This document shows positions 1 through 11,005 of a stretch of DNA of 37,280 nt, piece by piece. The notes under the pieces are model-generated. The model did no database searches and was not told the DNA's origin. It saw nothing but the letters and a program-made list of their open reading frames with translations. Both the position numbers and the translations under genes were made by a program. The DNA is from Kondoa subrosea (Eukaryota): NCBI GenBank assembly GCA_039545335.1, contig BCIN01000011.1, positions 310,001 through 347,280 of the forward strand. Direction: 5' to 3'. Every line of letters starts with the position of its first letter. Position 1 is the first letter of the stretch.

Positions 1-2530
1 GAAAGGTTGGCGATCTTCCCAATCTGCATATATCTCATGTGCTAACTCCGAGACAGGGTCTGACAAGGATCTACCCCAAATAAACCATATGCGTGGCCTA
101 CTCAGCAGAGGTATTGGTGTGCATCATGGTGGTTTGCTCCCTATCGTAAAAGAAGTGGTCGAGATCCTGTTTGCTCGAGGATTGGTCAAGGTTCTGTTTG
201 CCACAGAAACATTCGCAATGGTAAGTACACAGCGAGTTTTCATCGGCATTGCTGACCTGTTCCTAGGGTGTCAACATGCCTGCAAGGTGTGTCGTATTCT
301 CGGGCATTCGCAAACATGACGGTCGCACCTTCCGAGAGCTGCTTGCTGGCGAGTACACTCAGATGTCAGGAAGAGCAGGAAGAAGAGGACTCGATGCTAC
401 TGGTGTCGTTCTGGTTGTTTGCGACGGCGAAGTTCCAGAAGTACGTCCGATTTACAGGCTCGCCATCAATGCCTTACTGTACCGTCTAGTCTGCCGTACT
501 TCACAAGATGATGCTGGGGTCACCAACAAAATTAGCTTCTCAATTCCGTCTCACATACAACATGATTCTGAATCTACTTCGAGTTGAAGCGCTAAAGGTG
601 GAAGACATGATCAAGCGAAGTTTTTCCGAAAATGCCACACAGAGACTGGCACCTGATCAGCAGAAAAAAGTTACTGAGGGCGAACGAGAGCTTTTGTCTA
701 TGCCAAGTTTGGATGATTCTCCTCGCGCTTCCCAAATCAGGCAATATTACGATCAATCCAGTCGCCTCACATCTCTGAACCAAGAAGTGACCGACGGAGC
801 TATACAGCATCCTTCAGCTACCAAAACTTTCGCTAGCGGTCGAGTAGTCATACTCAGAGACACTGTAAGCTAGGGTCGAAAAAGGCTAGCAAGGCTCTGA
901 TTTGTGTGTGCAGCATTTCCCAGGGAGCGCTGCTGTCATACTTCGGCCTGCACCAATGTACATGGCCGTAACGGCTTCGTCAGAAGATGGTCTGTTGGAC
1001 AACACCAAGGCATATATCGTGCTGTCTTTTGTATCGAAAGGAGTCCGATCACGAAGCAAAGGCACGTCTCATGAGGCAAATCTGTGCATAGACTGACACA
1101 TTCTACCAAGACATCTCTCCTGATGCTCTAGCTCCGCTCTATCCTGCTCGTCTGACCGAGAAGCCCGAGGACTTAACATTCGAAGTTACAGTTGTCCCAA
1201 TAACCAGCTTTGCCTTGATAACAAAGCACAGCATACGCGTGAGTGAATCTATTCTGACAGACCTGCAAAAAATAACGTCGATATAGGTCGATGTGGTCGG
1301 AATTCTCGACAAGCGGCATCAAATCTATTTGGATCAGGCAACAGAAAGCATGCATTCGCTTTTACCTCAACTCAATCAACCTCAATATCTCGATATGGAA
1401 GCTGATTGGTCAAAGATCCGAAGTATCGAATTCCGGGAAGCCCTTAATAAGCGAAACAAGCTCTTTGGCGAGCAGGAAAGGCTCAATGTAGATTTGGATG
1501 AGGACTTCTTTAGTATAGTAAGCTTCCATCCTTCTCTCCATGAACTTACACGCTCATGTAAATTTTAGTATCAAGCTGTGCATGCAGAAACGCTATTACG
1601 AACCAAAGTAGCAAAGTGCGCAGCTCTCATCAATTTCTGTCCGATGTAGCTGATTCGAGTCCATAGCCTACGACTATCCTTGTCCGATCAGAACCTGGAG
1701 CTCCTACCAGATTACGAACAGAGAATAGCAGTGCTCCAAGAGCTACAATTTATCGATGAAAACAGTACAGTCTTGCTGAAAGGTCGAGTGGCTTGCGAAG
1801 TAAGTTCTAGCGGGATCGCTACTGTCTCTCTCAGAACCGATCTCATCGGATTACTCTTTGACAGATCAATTCAGTCAATGCGCTCATCCTGACTGAGCTC
1901 ATTTTGGAGAATGTTCTGTCACAATACGAACCAGAAGAAGTAGTCGGCATGCTGTCTGCACTCGTATTCCAAGAAAAGAGCGACGTCACGCCTTTCTTGA
2001 CTGCCAGACTCCAAGAGGTGATTGTTTCAGCGCGCTTTCCCTCAAAGCGATACTTACTAAACGAAAACTTACTGCACAAAGGGTTTGGAAGTCATGAAGA
2101 AGATCTCTGAACGAATTGCGCGTATTCAGACTGAGAAAAGAGCAGACATGCTAGGGGAAGAACCAAACAGTGTTTTACGAATCGGATTAGTGGAAGTGGC
2201 CTATGAATGGGCTAGAGGAATGGTCAGCTATTTGCCGGAACAAGTCTAAAGCATTGATGCTGATTTCATGTGATTGCCCAGGCTTTTGCGCAAATTACGG
2301 ACTTGACAGATGTACAAGAGGGCACTATTGTTCGGGCTATTACTCGCTTAGACGAAACATGCCGAGAAGTACGAGATGCCGCAAGGGTGATTGGCGACGC
2401 GGCACTGTATCAAAAGATGGAAGCTTGTCAGAATCTCATCAAGGTTTGTTCAGATTGTTTACAAACGGAGATTGCGCTGATACCGGTTTAACAGCGAGAC
2501 ATCATCTTCACTAATAGTTTGTATCTCTAA
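1..2530 (+). CDS. SKI2: Ski2-like DExH RNA helicase (cytoplasmic exosome cofactor), 3' portion; 5' end lies outside the window
   Basis: Spliced translation contains [76 protein letters not shown] and the DSHCT C-terminus ([28 protein letters not shown]...[13 protein letters not shown]). Inferred introns: 6-56, 221-266, 441-489, 865-913, 1062-1110 (GC-AG), 1239-1286, 1518-1568, 1616-1666, 1800-1864, 2018-2081, 2223-2281, 2444-2494. Stop TAA 2528-2530. Confidence 0.95.
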
Positions 2531-2567
2531 TTGAATGTAGAAATAGACAACTACTTGCTGCAATTGT

Positions 2568-3879
2568 TTATGTAGTCTTGACCTCAGTTGAATCTTCAGG
2601 TTGCTGCACCTTTGGTTCTTCTGCTTGACTCTCGTCAACAGTACTCTCGCTGTCGATTGCCATTTCTCCTTCTTGCGAAGCTGATAGAGCTTTGTCTGCG
2701 ATCACTTCTTCTTCCTCTTCGGGATCTTGTTCGTCGAGATTGACATAATTCAATACTTCGAGATCAGAAGTTCTATTCCTCAACAATGAGCCTGACAAGG
2801 GTGGACCGGCAGAGTACAAAAGAATAAAGCTGACCGTTGTTGTAAAAGTTTGACTAAAGCTGTTCTGTTTTGATCTGGATCATCAACGAAAAGCGTTTTG
2901 CCAGTCGCTCGGGAATGGAAGCGCATGTTTTCGTAAACGTTTGCATCATTTAACCTTGCTACCTGATCAGCTGACTGTGATATCATTGAATGCTGTATCA
3001 GCTGAATTACTTGAATATGAAAGAGAGAAAAACCGACTTTAACGATCAAATAAGGTTCTTCAATCCTAAAAGCGTAATCCCTATTGTTTTTCACCCCTTG
3101 TAAATAATCCCTACATTCTTGCGGAACCAGCAATTGAGTATAAGGCAGCCGTTTCAACGGTATAGAAACTTGAGCGAAAGTTTTCAAGCCTTCTATATTG
3201 ATTGAAGTATATCGGAGATCAATATAGCGCAAGAAAGGGAAAAAGGCCAGTATGGGTAAAGAGTCGTTTGTTATTGTTCTATTGTAAGAGACGTCCAGAG
3301 ATATTAGGGAAGCTCCTAAAGGCAGAATGGAAGCAATGGAAAGCATAGTTGTGTTCGTATTCCGTAGGACTAGCGAAGCGAGAGAAGATAGTTTGGAGAT
3401 GTTCTTAATGTGACTGCTAGACCGGTCAGATGCGTGAAGACGTTAAAATAAAAGAAAGCATACGATTCGTCTAGAGGCATATCGCGTCTAATATTTCGTA
3501 AGCCGTGTTCCGAACGCGAAAGGAAGAGAAACTCACAAGATCAGGCATCTAAGATCTCGCCATACAGGTTCTGACTCTTGCGCGCTAGATTGCAGTGCTT
3601 CCAGCAGAGAAAGATCCAGGTCTTGCAATTCCAGTATCTCGATTTCGCGCAAAGTCTTGAAGTGTTGCAAGAGAGGAAGAGTGAGCCGCCCTGATAGTCA
3701 TTGCAATGTCAGCGTGATTGCACATACTCGCATAGCAGTAGTGTATGAATGAATTTACTTTCTTCGACCAGCCAATCCAGAGCATCTTGCGCTGATTGCA
3801 CATCGTCTGGCATTTGCAGGTCCCCATTCTTCAGACTCAGCGCTTGCAAGTCCTTTGATAACCCTGTATCTTCAGACAT
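2568..3879 (-). CDS. Leucine-rich-repeat (RNI-like) protein of unknown function with acidic C-terminal tail
   Basis: ATG at 3879 (MSEDTGLSKDLQ...). Five GT-AG introns restore one frame. LRR units include LSSLASLVLRNTNTT, LISLDVSYNRTITNDSL and LRYIDLRYTSINIEGL. Tail DEQDPEEEEEV...EVKTT*; stop 2568-2570. Confidence 0.75.
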
Positions 3880-3938
3880 CTCTCTGTTCCGGATTATTCG
3901 ACTTGCTTGTCTTGAATCAACCACTTGCTTCTTGTAAA
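3880..3938. promoter_or_regulatory. Putative bidirectional promoter / overlapping 5' UTR zone, LRR gene and THOC5
   Basis: Only 59 bp separate the divergent inferred start codons. Confidence 0.5.
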
Positions 3939-4704
3939 ATGGAAGCTCAAGCTATTCAACAGCAACTGCTGCAACTCTCTAAATCATTAGTCTCCCATCG
4001 CACCAATGAACCCTCAGCAGACTCGACCTCCTTCATTCTTCAAGCTCTACCTCTCTTCGCTCAACTCAAAGCCCTAAACAGAGAAACGTCAATCCATGTA
4101 TTGGCTGCTAGGAACAGCACGAACGAAGCTAGAGTCTCAATGGACAGAGCTCAATTGGAATTACAAAACTTGTTGTACGAGCAGCAACATTTACAGCAAG
4201 AGATCTTGAAATGCAATCAGTATGAGTGCGCTCAACCCTTATCCTCTTATAACTAGTGGTGTGATGCTGATCTTCATTCGATTGGCACGAAAAGATCTCA
4301 ATATCAGAATCTACCGCTTCATACTGAGGAAGAGTTTCGATCGATAATGCAAGAATCTAGCACGGATGTACCGCAAGATGATCATGACTTTACTTTGGCT
4401 AGGTTGAATTACGAATTATCGGAACGCAAGAGGTGATTCTCTTCGTGCTGAGATCTACTTTCACGAACTAATCACTGATCGCTCACAGGCTGGAATCGCG
4501 AAAGAAGGAATTGCTGTCGGAGAAATCAAAGCTTACGAAGGAGAACTCGGACAAAAAGGCTTCGTTGGAAATACTGGAGAAGCAGCTGGAGGAATTTGTA
4601 TCGGTGAGGTTCCCTAGATCCAAACTTTGCATCTTCATTCTCAAGCGTGATGGGGGCCTCCGCAGTCAGCGAAAGAGATTCAACAGAAGATGGAGCATCT
4701 CTGA
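3939..4704 (+). CDS. THOC5: THO complex subunit 5 / Fms-interacting-protein family, short fungal form (192 aa)
   Basis: Exons 3939-4225, 4295-4432, 4489-4603, 4666-4704. Motifs LFAQLKALNR, EARVSMDRAQLELQNLLYEQQHLQQEILKC, YQNLPLHTEEEF and HDFTLARLNYELSERKRL match the FmiP/Thoc5 N-terminal coiled-coil region. Confidence 0.85.
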
Positions 4705-4970
4705 AGTCGCATCTGTGTACCATATATACCATGCATCGAATTATCCTGTAGTCACTTCAGAAACTTTCATGAGATATGTCTCAGGGTACTTTGGCTCTTG
4801 CATAGCCACGACGCCGAAGTTTGCACATCCCAGCAGAATGAAGAGATGGTTCCGTAAGCTTGACATCTCGAGAAGTGAAGAAGATAACTGCAGGGGAAGC
4901 CTAATATCATGTGGTGTATTTCGAATGTAAAGCATCTTGTCTATCTGAACAGACTGTATGTATTATAGTT

Positions 4971-6479
4971 CTACCAAGAACCCATGTTCTTCTCCCCAAC
5001 GATCTCCTTGATGACTTTCTCGCTCGTAGTGTAGAAGTTATCAATCAGCTGATTTGCGCTACCTGTCAGCTGTTGTTGATATGTGCAGCAGATGTTCAAG
5101 CTTACTTCTTGATCTTTGCCTTCATTGGATTCTCCACCTAGTGTCTTTGGATCGCTGAAATATGAACCGTTAGGGTATTGAGATTCGTCTTTTGCATCTT
5201 CAGCGCTGTAATACAACATGGCTTGAGGATCAAACATTATGGATACTTGCGTCGAGCTGCTTACACTGATGCCCAAAGAATACATGATGCGCCTTGATCT
5301 GGGCGACGTGCCAATTTCTGAACTACTGTTCCCAGTACTCCGCCTGCTACTTCCCCGTACGCAGGCTTGAATTGATCTTGTTGTCCAGTAGCTACAACAC
5401 CTGCTCGTACAACGTGAAATATTTATCAGATACAATACTGAAACGCAGCAAGTCCACGAACCTGGATGAGTAGCATAGACATGGATCGGTGCAGAGGTAG
5501 CATGTCGCTGGGTAACAGCTCTGGTGAAAAGAATGTTGCCAATCTTGCTTCTTCCGTACAGCGCAGCAGGTCCTAATTCCTTTTTGAACTCGTCTGTCGT
5601 TCTGAATCTATCACCTCCCAAATATTCTGATGGTCCACCAATATCATGACGATGCGATTCTGATGCCATGTTGACAATTCTCACGTCCGCATTAGGCTCA
5701 GAAGCGGTTTTCTTCATGATTGAAAAGAGATGAGAGAGGAAGAGATGGTGGGAAAGACAATTGATGGTCAAATGGGAATCATAGCCATCTTGAGTTCGAG
5801 TGAAGGAGTTTATTCCGACTCCTGCTATAGCTGCAAAGAGATCTAGACGGTCTACCTTGCCTTTTATCTCTTGGGCTGTTTTGGCTACTGCATTGAGATC
5901 GGCCAATTCGCAATTGTAACTGAAAGCCAAGGTTTGCAAGTATTGAGACGCACAGGTGAGAACTTACAGTTGAACAGAGCCAGTCTTACTTCCTCCTTCT
6001 CCAGAAGTATCAGTACCACTGCCGAAGCCGTCTTGATAATCCTGTGTGAATAGACTTAGAGGGCAAAAGACACAGGCATTATGACAAGAATGTACTTGAG
6101 GAGCGGTATGCAAATCGCCTGAAGTAATGTACTTCTCAGCAGCTTGACCGACTTCAGAAGTCTGAGAGATGATGTGCAGGGATGCGCCGCGAGTATAAAG
6201 CGTTCGAGCATAACTTAGTCCGCTATCATCCAAACTCTCAACAGGACTTCAAGAAATGCAGGTATTGACACACATTCCATTCGTTCCACCACTAGGAACA
6301 TTCCATCAGCTGGACTCGACAAAGACTAGTACAGGACCAAACGTGATGAAGACCTGTTTCCCGCTCAGATCTGCTGGCACATCTTTTGCAGCAAAGCCAT
6401 AGTCGCCCATAAATCTTCAGTATGAGCAGTCAATAGGAGCTTTAGCGAGGATGTAAGAGGTGTCTTACTTTGAGATCAT
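4971..6479 (-). CDS. Short-chain dehydrogenase/reductase, retinol-dehydrogenase/WWOX-like subfamily
   Basis: Spliced N-terminus MISKFMGDYGFAAKDVPADLSGKQVFITGGTNGIGLSYARTL carries the TGxxxGIG Rossmann motif. Also TQDGYDSHLTINCLSH, RIVNMASESH, catalytic YGRSK (YxxxK) and ATHPGVVAT. About 8 introns; alternative in-frame ATG at 6410. Confidence 0.9.
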
Positions 6480-6819
6480 CGGCGAAACAGACTCTGAGAT
6501 CATACTTCGACGAATTTGGGAGGCGGTTTGTAGGATTCTAGATGCAGAGCGTTATATCGAGTACGTAGAGTCTGACTAGCAGACCATACCTTGAGGTGGT
6601 GAACATGCAAAGCGTTTGACGATCGTAACAAGAAGAGGAATTCGCGATTATCAAATGCAATTCGCGTGAACATCGCGTAATGACGATTTGTCAAGGTAAA
6701 CATTTCCAGATGGATTTATACGTTGAATCGTGTGCAGAGCTATAGTACATGCCTGCTTTGCGGTCTCTACAAATGCAGCATCCTGTCGCTATGAATGAAT
6801 CGATATGCAACACTGCTGT

Positions 6820-7006
6820 CTACAATAACTCATCCGAGTAGTTGACAATAGAGGATGCAGTTGACCGGATGGCGTAGGCGGTACTCTTTGTCCTCACTAG
6901 TGACAAACACCTTGATTAGCCTTGTATTGACTTGCATAAGCGGCGAGAGCAGAAGACGTGAGATAGCCTCACCTGGCATTCGTCTTGCCTGTTCAAAGAG
7001 CCGCAT
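6820..7006 (-). other. Intron-like element (6897-6972) in intergenic DNA; possible spliced 36-aa sORF or 3'-UTR intron
   Basis: CAG|GTGAGG donor, GCTAAT branch site and CTAG acceptor. Splicing joins ATG 7006 to TAG 6820-6822. Confidence 0.3.
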
Positions 7007-7066
7007 AGGATGGCGGTCGCCTTAAATTTCAGACAGGGATAAATAACTTTCTTCTGTTGGACGACT

Positions 7067-7883
7067 TTATGGCGAAATGGCTTGATGCGACATGAGTGAG
7101 ATACTGCCAGAAGAGACATAACGACCACTAGAGTCACTCGAACCCATCAGGCAAAGCTGAATTTCGGGTATCACAACCAAGCCAAAGTCTTCATCAGCGT
7201 ACCGGTCCAGAATTGCAGTAGCATCAAAAGGTTTCTTGGCTAGGCCTCGTTTCGGAGGTCTGCGATGCGAAGTATTGAGAAGAGTGGCATGCAGCTGCGT
7301 ACGCGCTGTCAAGATTGTATATCCAGAGTATCGAGGAGACGCACTCGATATTCCTTGTCATCATCTTGAGTTGACATTCCCGCTTTTCTGAATTTCTCCA
7401 AGACAATATCTGTTAGATTGATGTTGTATACATATATAAGCCACAAGGTCTGCCGCAAGCTGCAGATTACTTACCACATAAACCTTCCAGCAAATCCTCG
7501 GTTTCAACCGCATTCTCTGGCACGCCATGAATGACCCTACACTTCTCAGGATGCGTCGTTTGAAAGGTACCTATTCCCCTGATGCGTACACACAGGTTTC
7601 TACCATTCAGATACTTCTCAAGTAGCGGTTGACATTCTCGTAATACAGCCAAAGCTTCATCTACAGTATGTTCTTGATTTGAGACAGGTGTGCCAGTAGT
7701 CAGTCGCAAGACAGCAATCGTGAGATGCAACTTTCGCCTGGAGATTTTTATAGAATTATGCCAACCAGCAGGTTTCTCTCTAGCTGCAGAATCTTGGAAT
7801 GAGGTCACAGCAGCAGTGAAAGAATCGTCATGGTCCAAAGGCAAGGATAAGAAGTAATTTGGCCTTAAGCGTTTGCTTGACAT
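7067..7883 (-). CDS. Stand-alone 2H phosphoesterase, AKAP7/ASCC1 (2',5'-RNA-ligase-like) family, about 233 aa
   Basis: Exons 7883-7475, 7409-7345, 7294-7067. N-terminal RPNYFLSLPL, both HxT motifs (KLHLTIAVLRL and LHATLLNT), and C-terminal PFDATAILDRYADEDFG...EIQLCLMGSSDSSGRY. Confidence 0.85.
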
Positions 7884-7922
7884 AATTGTTGTTTTCGAAC
7901 GAGATGTGAAGTTTATTAAGTA

Positions 7923-10883
7923 TTACGATTTCAATATACTCGCTATCAAGCCCGAAGGTGTAGGTTGAATACTCATACTTGATTGTCCGACGTCCATCAT
8001 CTCCACATCAATATCGTCTTTCGTTGCATCGTTCATCTCTTCGTCAATTTGTGGAACAGGTATAATCGGTAATTTGGCAGGCAAAGGAATAAGATCTTTC
8101 CATATGAGAGATACAGGTGGAAGAAGATGAGCTGCTGGATTCAGTATATCGGCGAAAGAGGAACTGCTTGTGTTTTTCAGTAATGAAGCTTGATTGTTGC
8201 TGCTTGTTGATATAGAAGCAGCTGAAGATGGGCCAAAGATATCATCGAAGAGCTTGGATTGACGCGATGCTGGTAATGAGATCTTGGATGTCTGCGCGGA
8301 AGGTTGTGCAATCGATGCATCCGATAAATTAGACATGAGGAGATCGCCAGAGCTTGAGATCATCAAAAGGGATGATTTGGTTTGAGGTGCTGTAGTAATT
8401 TGCTTCAGGCATCGGACGCGCTGAGGCAATTTAGTAAGGTCGGTGTCTTGCTCCTGCTTGACATCCATTGTTACTAAGCGATGCGTTCTCTTACGTTGAC
8501 CAGGTGCGCGAGAGGCTTCCGTGAACAGAAGATGATTGCTTGGGGGCTGATCCGCAAGACGTACTTGAAAGTCAGTTTCCAGTAGAGCTATCATAGCTGC
8601 CTCAGCTCTGGTCGTCTCAAGGAATGATTTGACTAACCTTCGAAAGTAAGAAGACTCCAGCCAGCTAGTCCATAAAATCCCGACGCAATAAGCGTATCAC
8701 CATCCTTACCGCTAAATTGAATATCATAGAATGTTCCGACAGAGCCAAAGAATGTGTGCAGAACTTTGTCGGTGGAAGCATCCCACAGCGTGATGTTTGT
8801 AGAATGCGCGACAGCATACAGTGAGCCATCAGGTGACCATGTAGCTGAATGAGTCCCATCCTTGCGATAGACAAGTTGCAGCCGACATCGCCAAAAGTCC
8901 TCCAAATCGCCTGCAGACACGTGATGAGCGATAACATGACAAGGCAACCAGAAAGGCCTCACCTTTGTTACCCTTCTGCTGAGCAAAAGTAGCCCAGTGC
9001 TTGATCTTGCCATCTTGGCTGGTAGTGAGGAGTTTTGGAGCTCCTGTAGCAGGCGAGAAAGACATTGAAGTAAGTTCACTTTGGCCATGCGGTTCGGTGA
9101 CCGCCGTAATAAGAGCCCAGCTGTAGCTGTCATAAGTCAATCGTAGAATATTGAATACGACAAACATACTCGAGCGGAGTGTTTCCTTGTAGCCAAAACT
9201 TCAAGGTGGCTTCCAAGCCAAATTCACGATTTTTCCAAGTTTCGTAAGTAGCCATCCAATTGCCGGATGGGCTGAAGGCGACTCTTTCCACTCGAATAGG
9301 CGCAAGAGGTTTAATATCCCCTTGACGATTGGCGATTCGATTAGATGGCGAAATTTCTAGTTCAAGCAGATGAGCGTTCGAAGCGACAGAATAGAATTGA
9401 ATAGCCGAAGGATGTGAAGAAGGTAAAACAAGATGACCGGTGCCAGGTTGAACAGCGAGGGGGAGGTTAGCTTGCTTCTTGGCTTTCTTTCCGTGACTTT
9501 GATCTACACATCAAGTCAGTCAAAGGACAGACACGATGGCGAATCACAATAGCATACCCCACTTGACTCCAGCAATAGATCGCTTGATGGTCATGTTCTG
9601 ATTCGGTACAAACAAGACTGTGCCATCACTCAACGTGACAGCAATTTCTTGACCTCTCTCGGCATTGGGCTGTGTAATAGTCAGACCAATCACAGGAGAT
9701 CCAAGACGAGGTAAGAAGTTCTTTTGGCTACTCGATCGCAATTGCCAATTGACCAGAACAGCCTCTTGACCGCCAGAAAGCAATTGAGCACCATTGGCGG
9801 AGAATTGCAAAGCGCCGACAGGATGTGCATGCCAATGCAGAGTCACGTTAGGAGGTTCGATCTGCCACTTTTGCTTATCGCCAGATTCGCTGTGTTTGCG
9901 TGAGCGATTCATCCACCAAGCTGGATCAAGACAGTGATAGAAATGTATCTTTCCCTTGACATTTCCGGTTGCCAGAAAATGATCTGTTGGATGCATGGCA
10001 ACACAGGTAATAGGCTCGTATGGTATAATAGGCACCCATCCAGATTCTAAATCGGCTAAAGCGAGAAGATAAATTTTTCGGCGGGATGTTGCAATCAGAA
10101 CGGAGCCATCTGGTGAGATATCCAGAGAAAAAAGATTTTGTTTGGTAGCGAGAAGACGTTTCAGACCGGTTGTGGGAGGTTTTGCGTTCTTGCGCAAAGA
10201 AATTCGATAGATGCCAGTATCGGTTTGACGATCTTTTGTCTGATCTGGAGCTGAAGAGCATCAGTGAGACGGATAGACTCAAGACTCGTAATGACAGAAT
10301 ATACCCAATGGACCATCGCTGACGACTCTGCTAGCGAGCATAGCTTTCCTAGTTTCCATCTCGTGTTTCGTTCCAACGAAGATGTATCCCGGTTGAGCAG
10401 CATGAGCAGCAACAGCAACAACAGGCATGCCAACGTCCAATGTCCTCAACAACTTCCCTTCCAGATAATCCCAGATCCTGACCAGACCATCGAGCGAGCC
10501 GACTAATATCTGCAGTGGGTTTATAGGATTCAACACAACACTGGCAACAGTTTTATCCGCAAAGACAGGTCTCGTCTCTTCTTCGTCAAAGTCAGGCGTC
10601 AACATGGACATGAGCTGACAAGATGCTGCATTGTAAATTTTGACACTTGGGCCAGATGGAATGAAGCAAAGCCTGTATAGCAGTATAAGTATAGCACACT
10701 TCTAGATGTGGCATAGACAGGGACTGACTTTGCGTCTGGACTGAAGAGAACAGGTCGTCGAGCATTTGTTTGAGCAAGTGATATCACAGGCAGACTCTTA
10801 ATTGCGGGTTTATCAAAGCTCGGTATATCATCAGTACTGGTGGGTAACTTGGAAGTCGAAGCGACAGGTTCCACTTCCATCAT
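7923..10883 (-). CDS. UTP17: WD40-repeat SSU-processome t-UTP subunit Utp17/Nan1 (WDR75)
   Basis: Motifs LHWHAHPVGALQFSANGAQLLSGGQEAVLVNWQL, KNFLPRLGSPV, LVLPSSHPSAIQFY, LEISPSNRI, AFSPSGNWMATY...TLKFW and C-terminal HLLPPVSLIW. Six introns inferred. Confidence 0.9.
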
Positions 10884-11005
10884 TTGGGGAAAATTAACCT
10901 TTGAAGAAAAAAAATGCAAAAACGCGTTTCGCGGAAGAGCACAAAGTGGCAAGTGAAGATCATCAATTAATGCACTGGTACAAGCATATGTTGGTAATAA
11001 TGATA

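Noticed and set aside
2975..3037. Hydrophobic stretch VGFSLFHIQVIQLIQHSMISQ as a membrane segment of the LRR protein
   Set aside because: It is a 63-nt in-frame, stop-free intron (GTCGGT...CTGAT...CAG).
4971..5939. 322-aa ORF in the track treated as one exon
   Set aside because: It reads through three introns. The Cys/Ser-rich middle is an off-frame translation of a real exon, and splicing restores SDR sequence (HPGVVATGQQDQFK).
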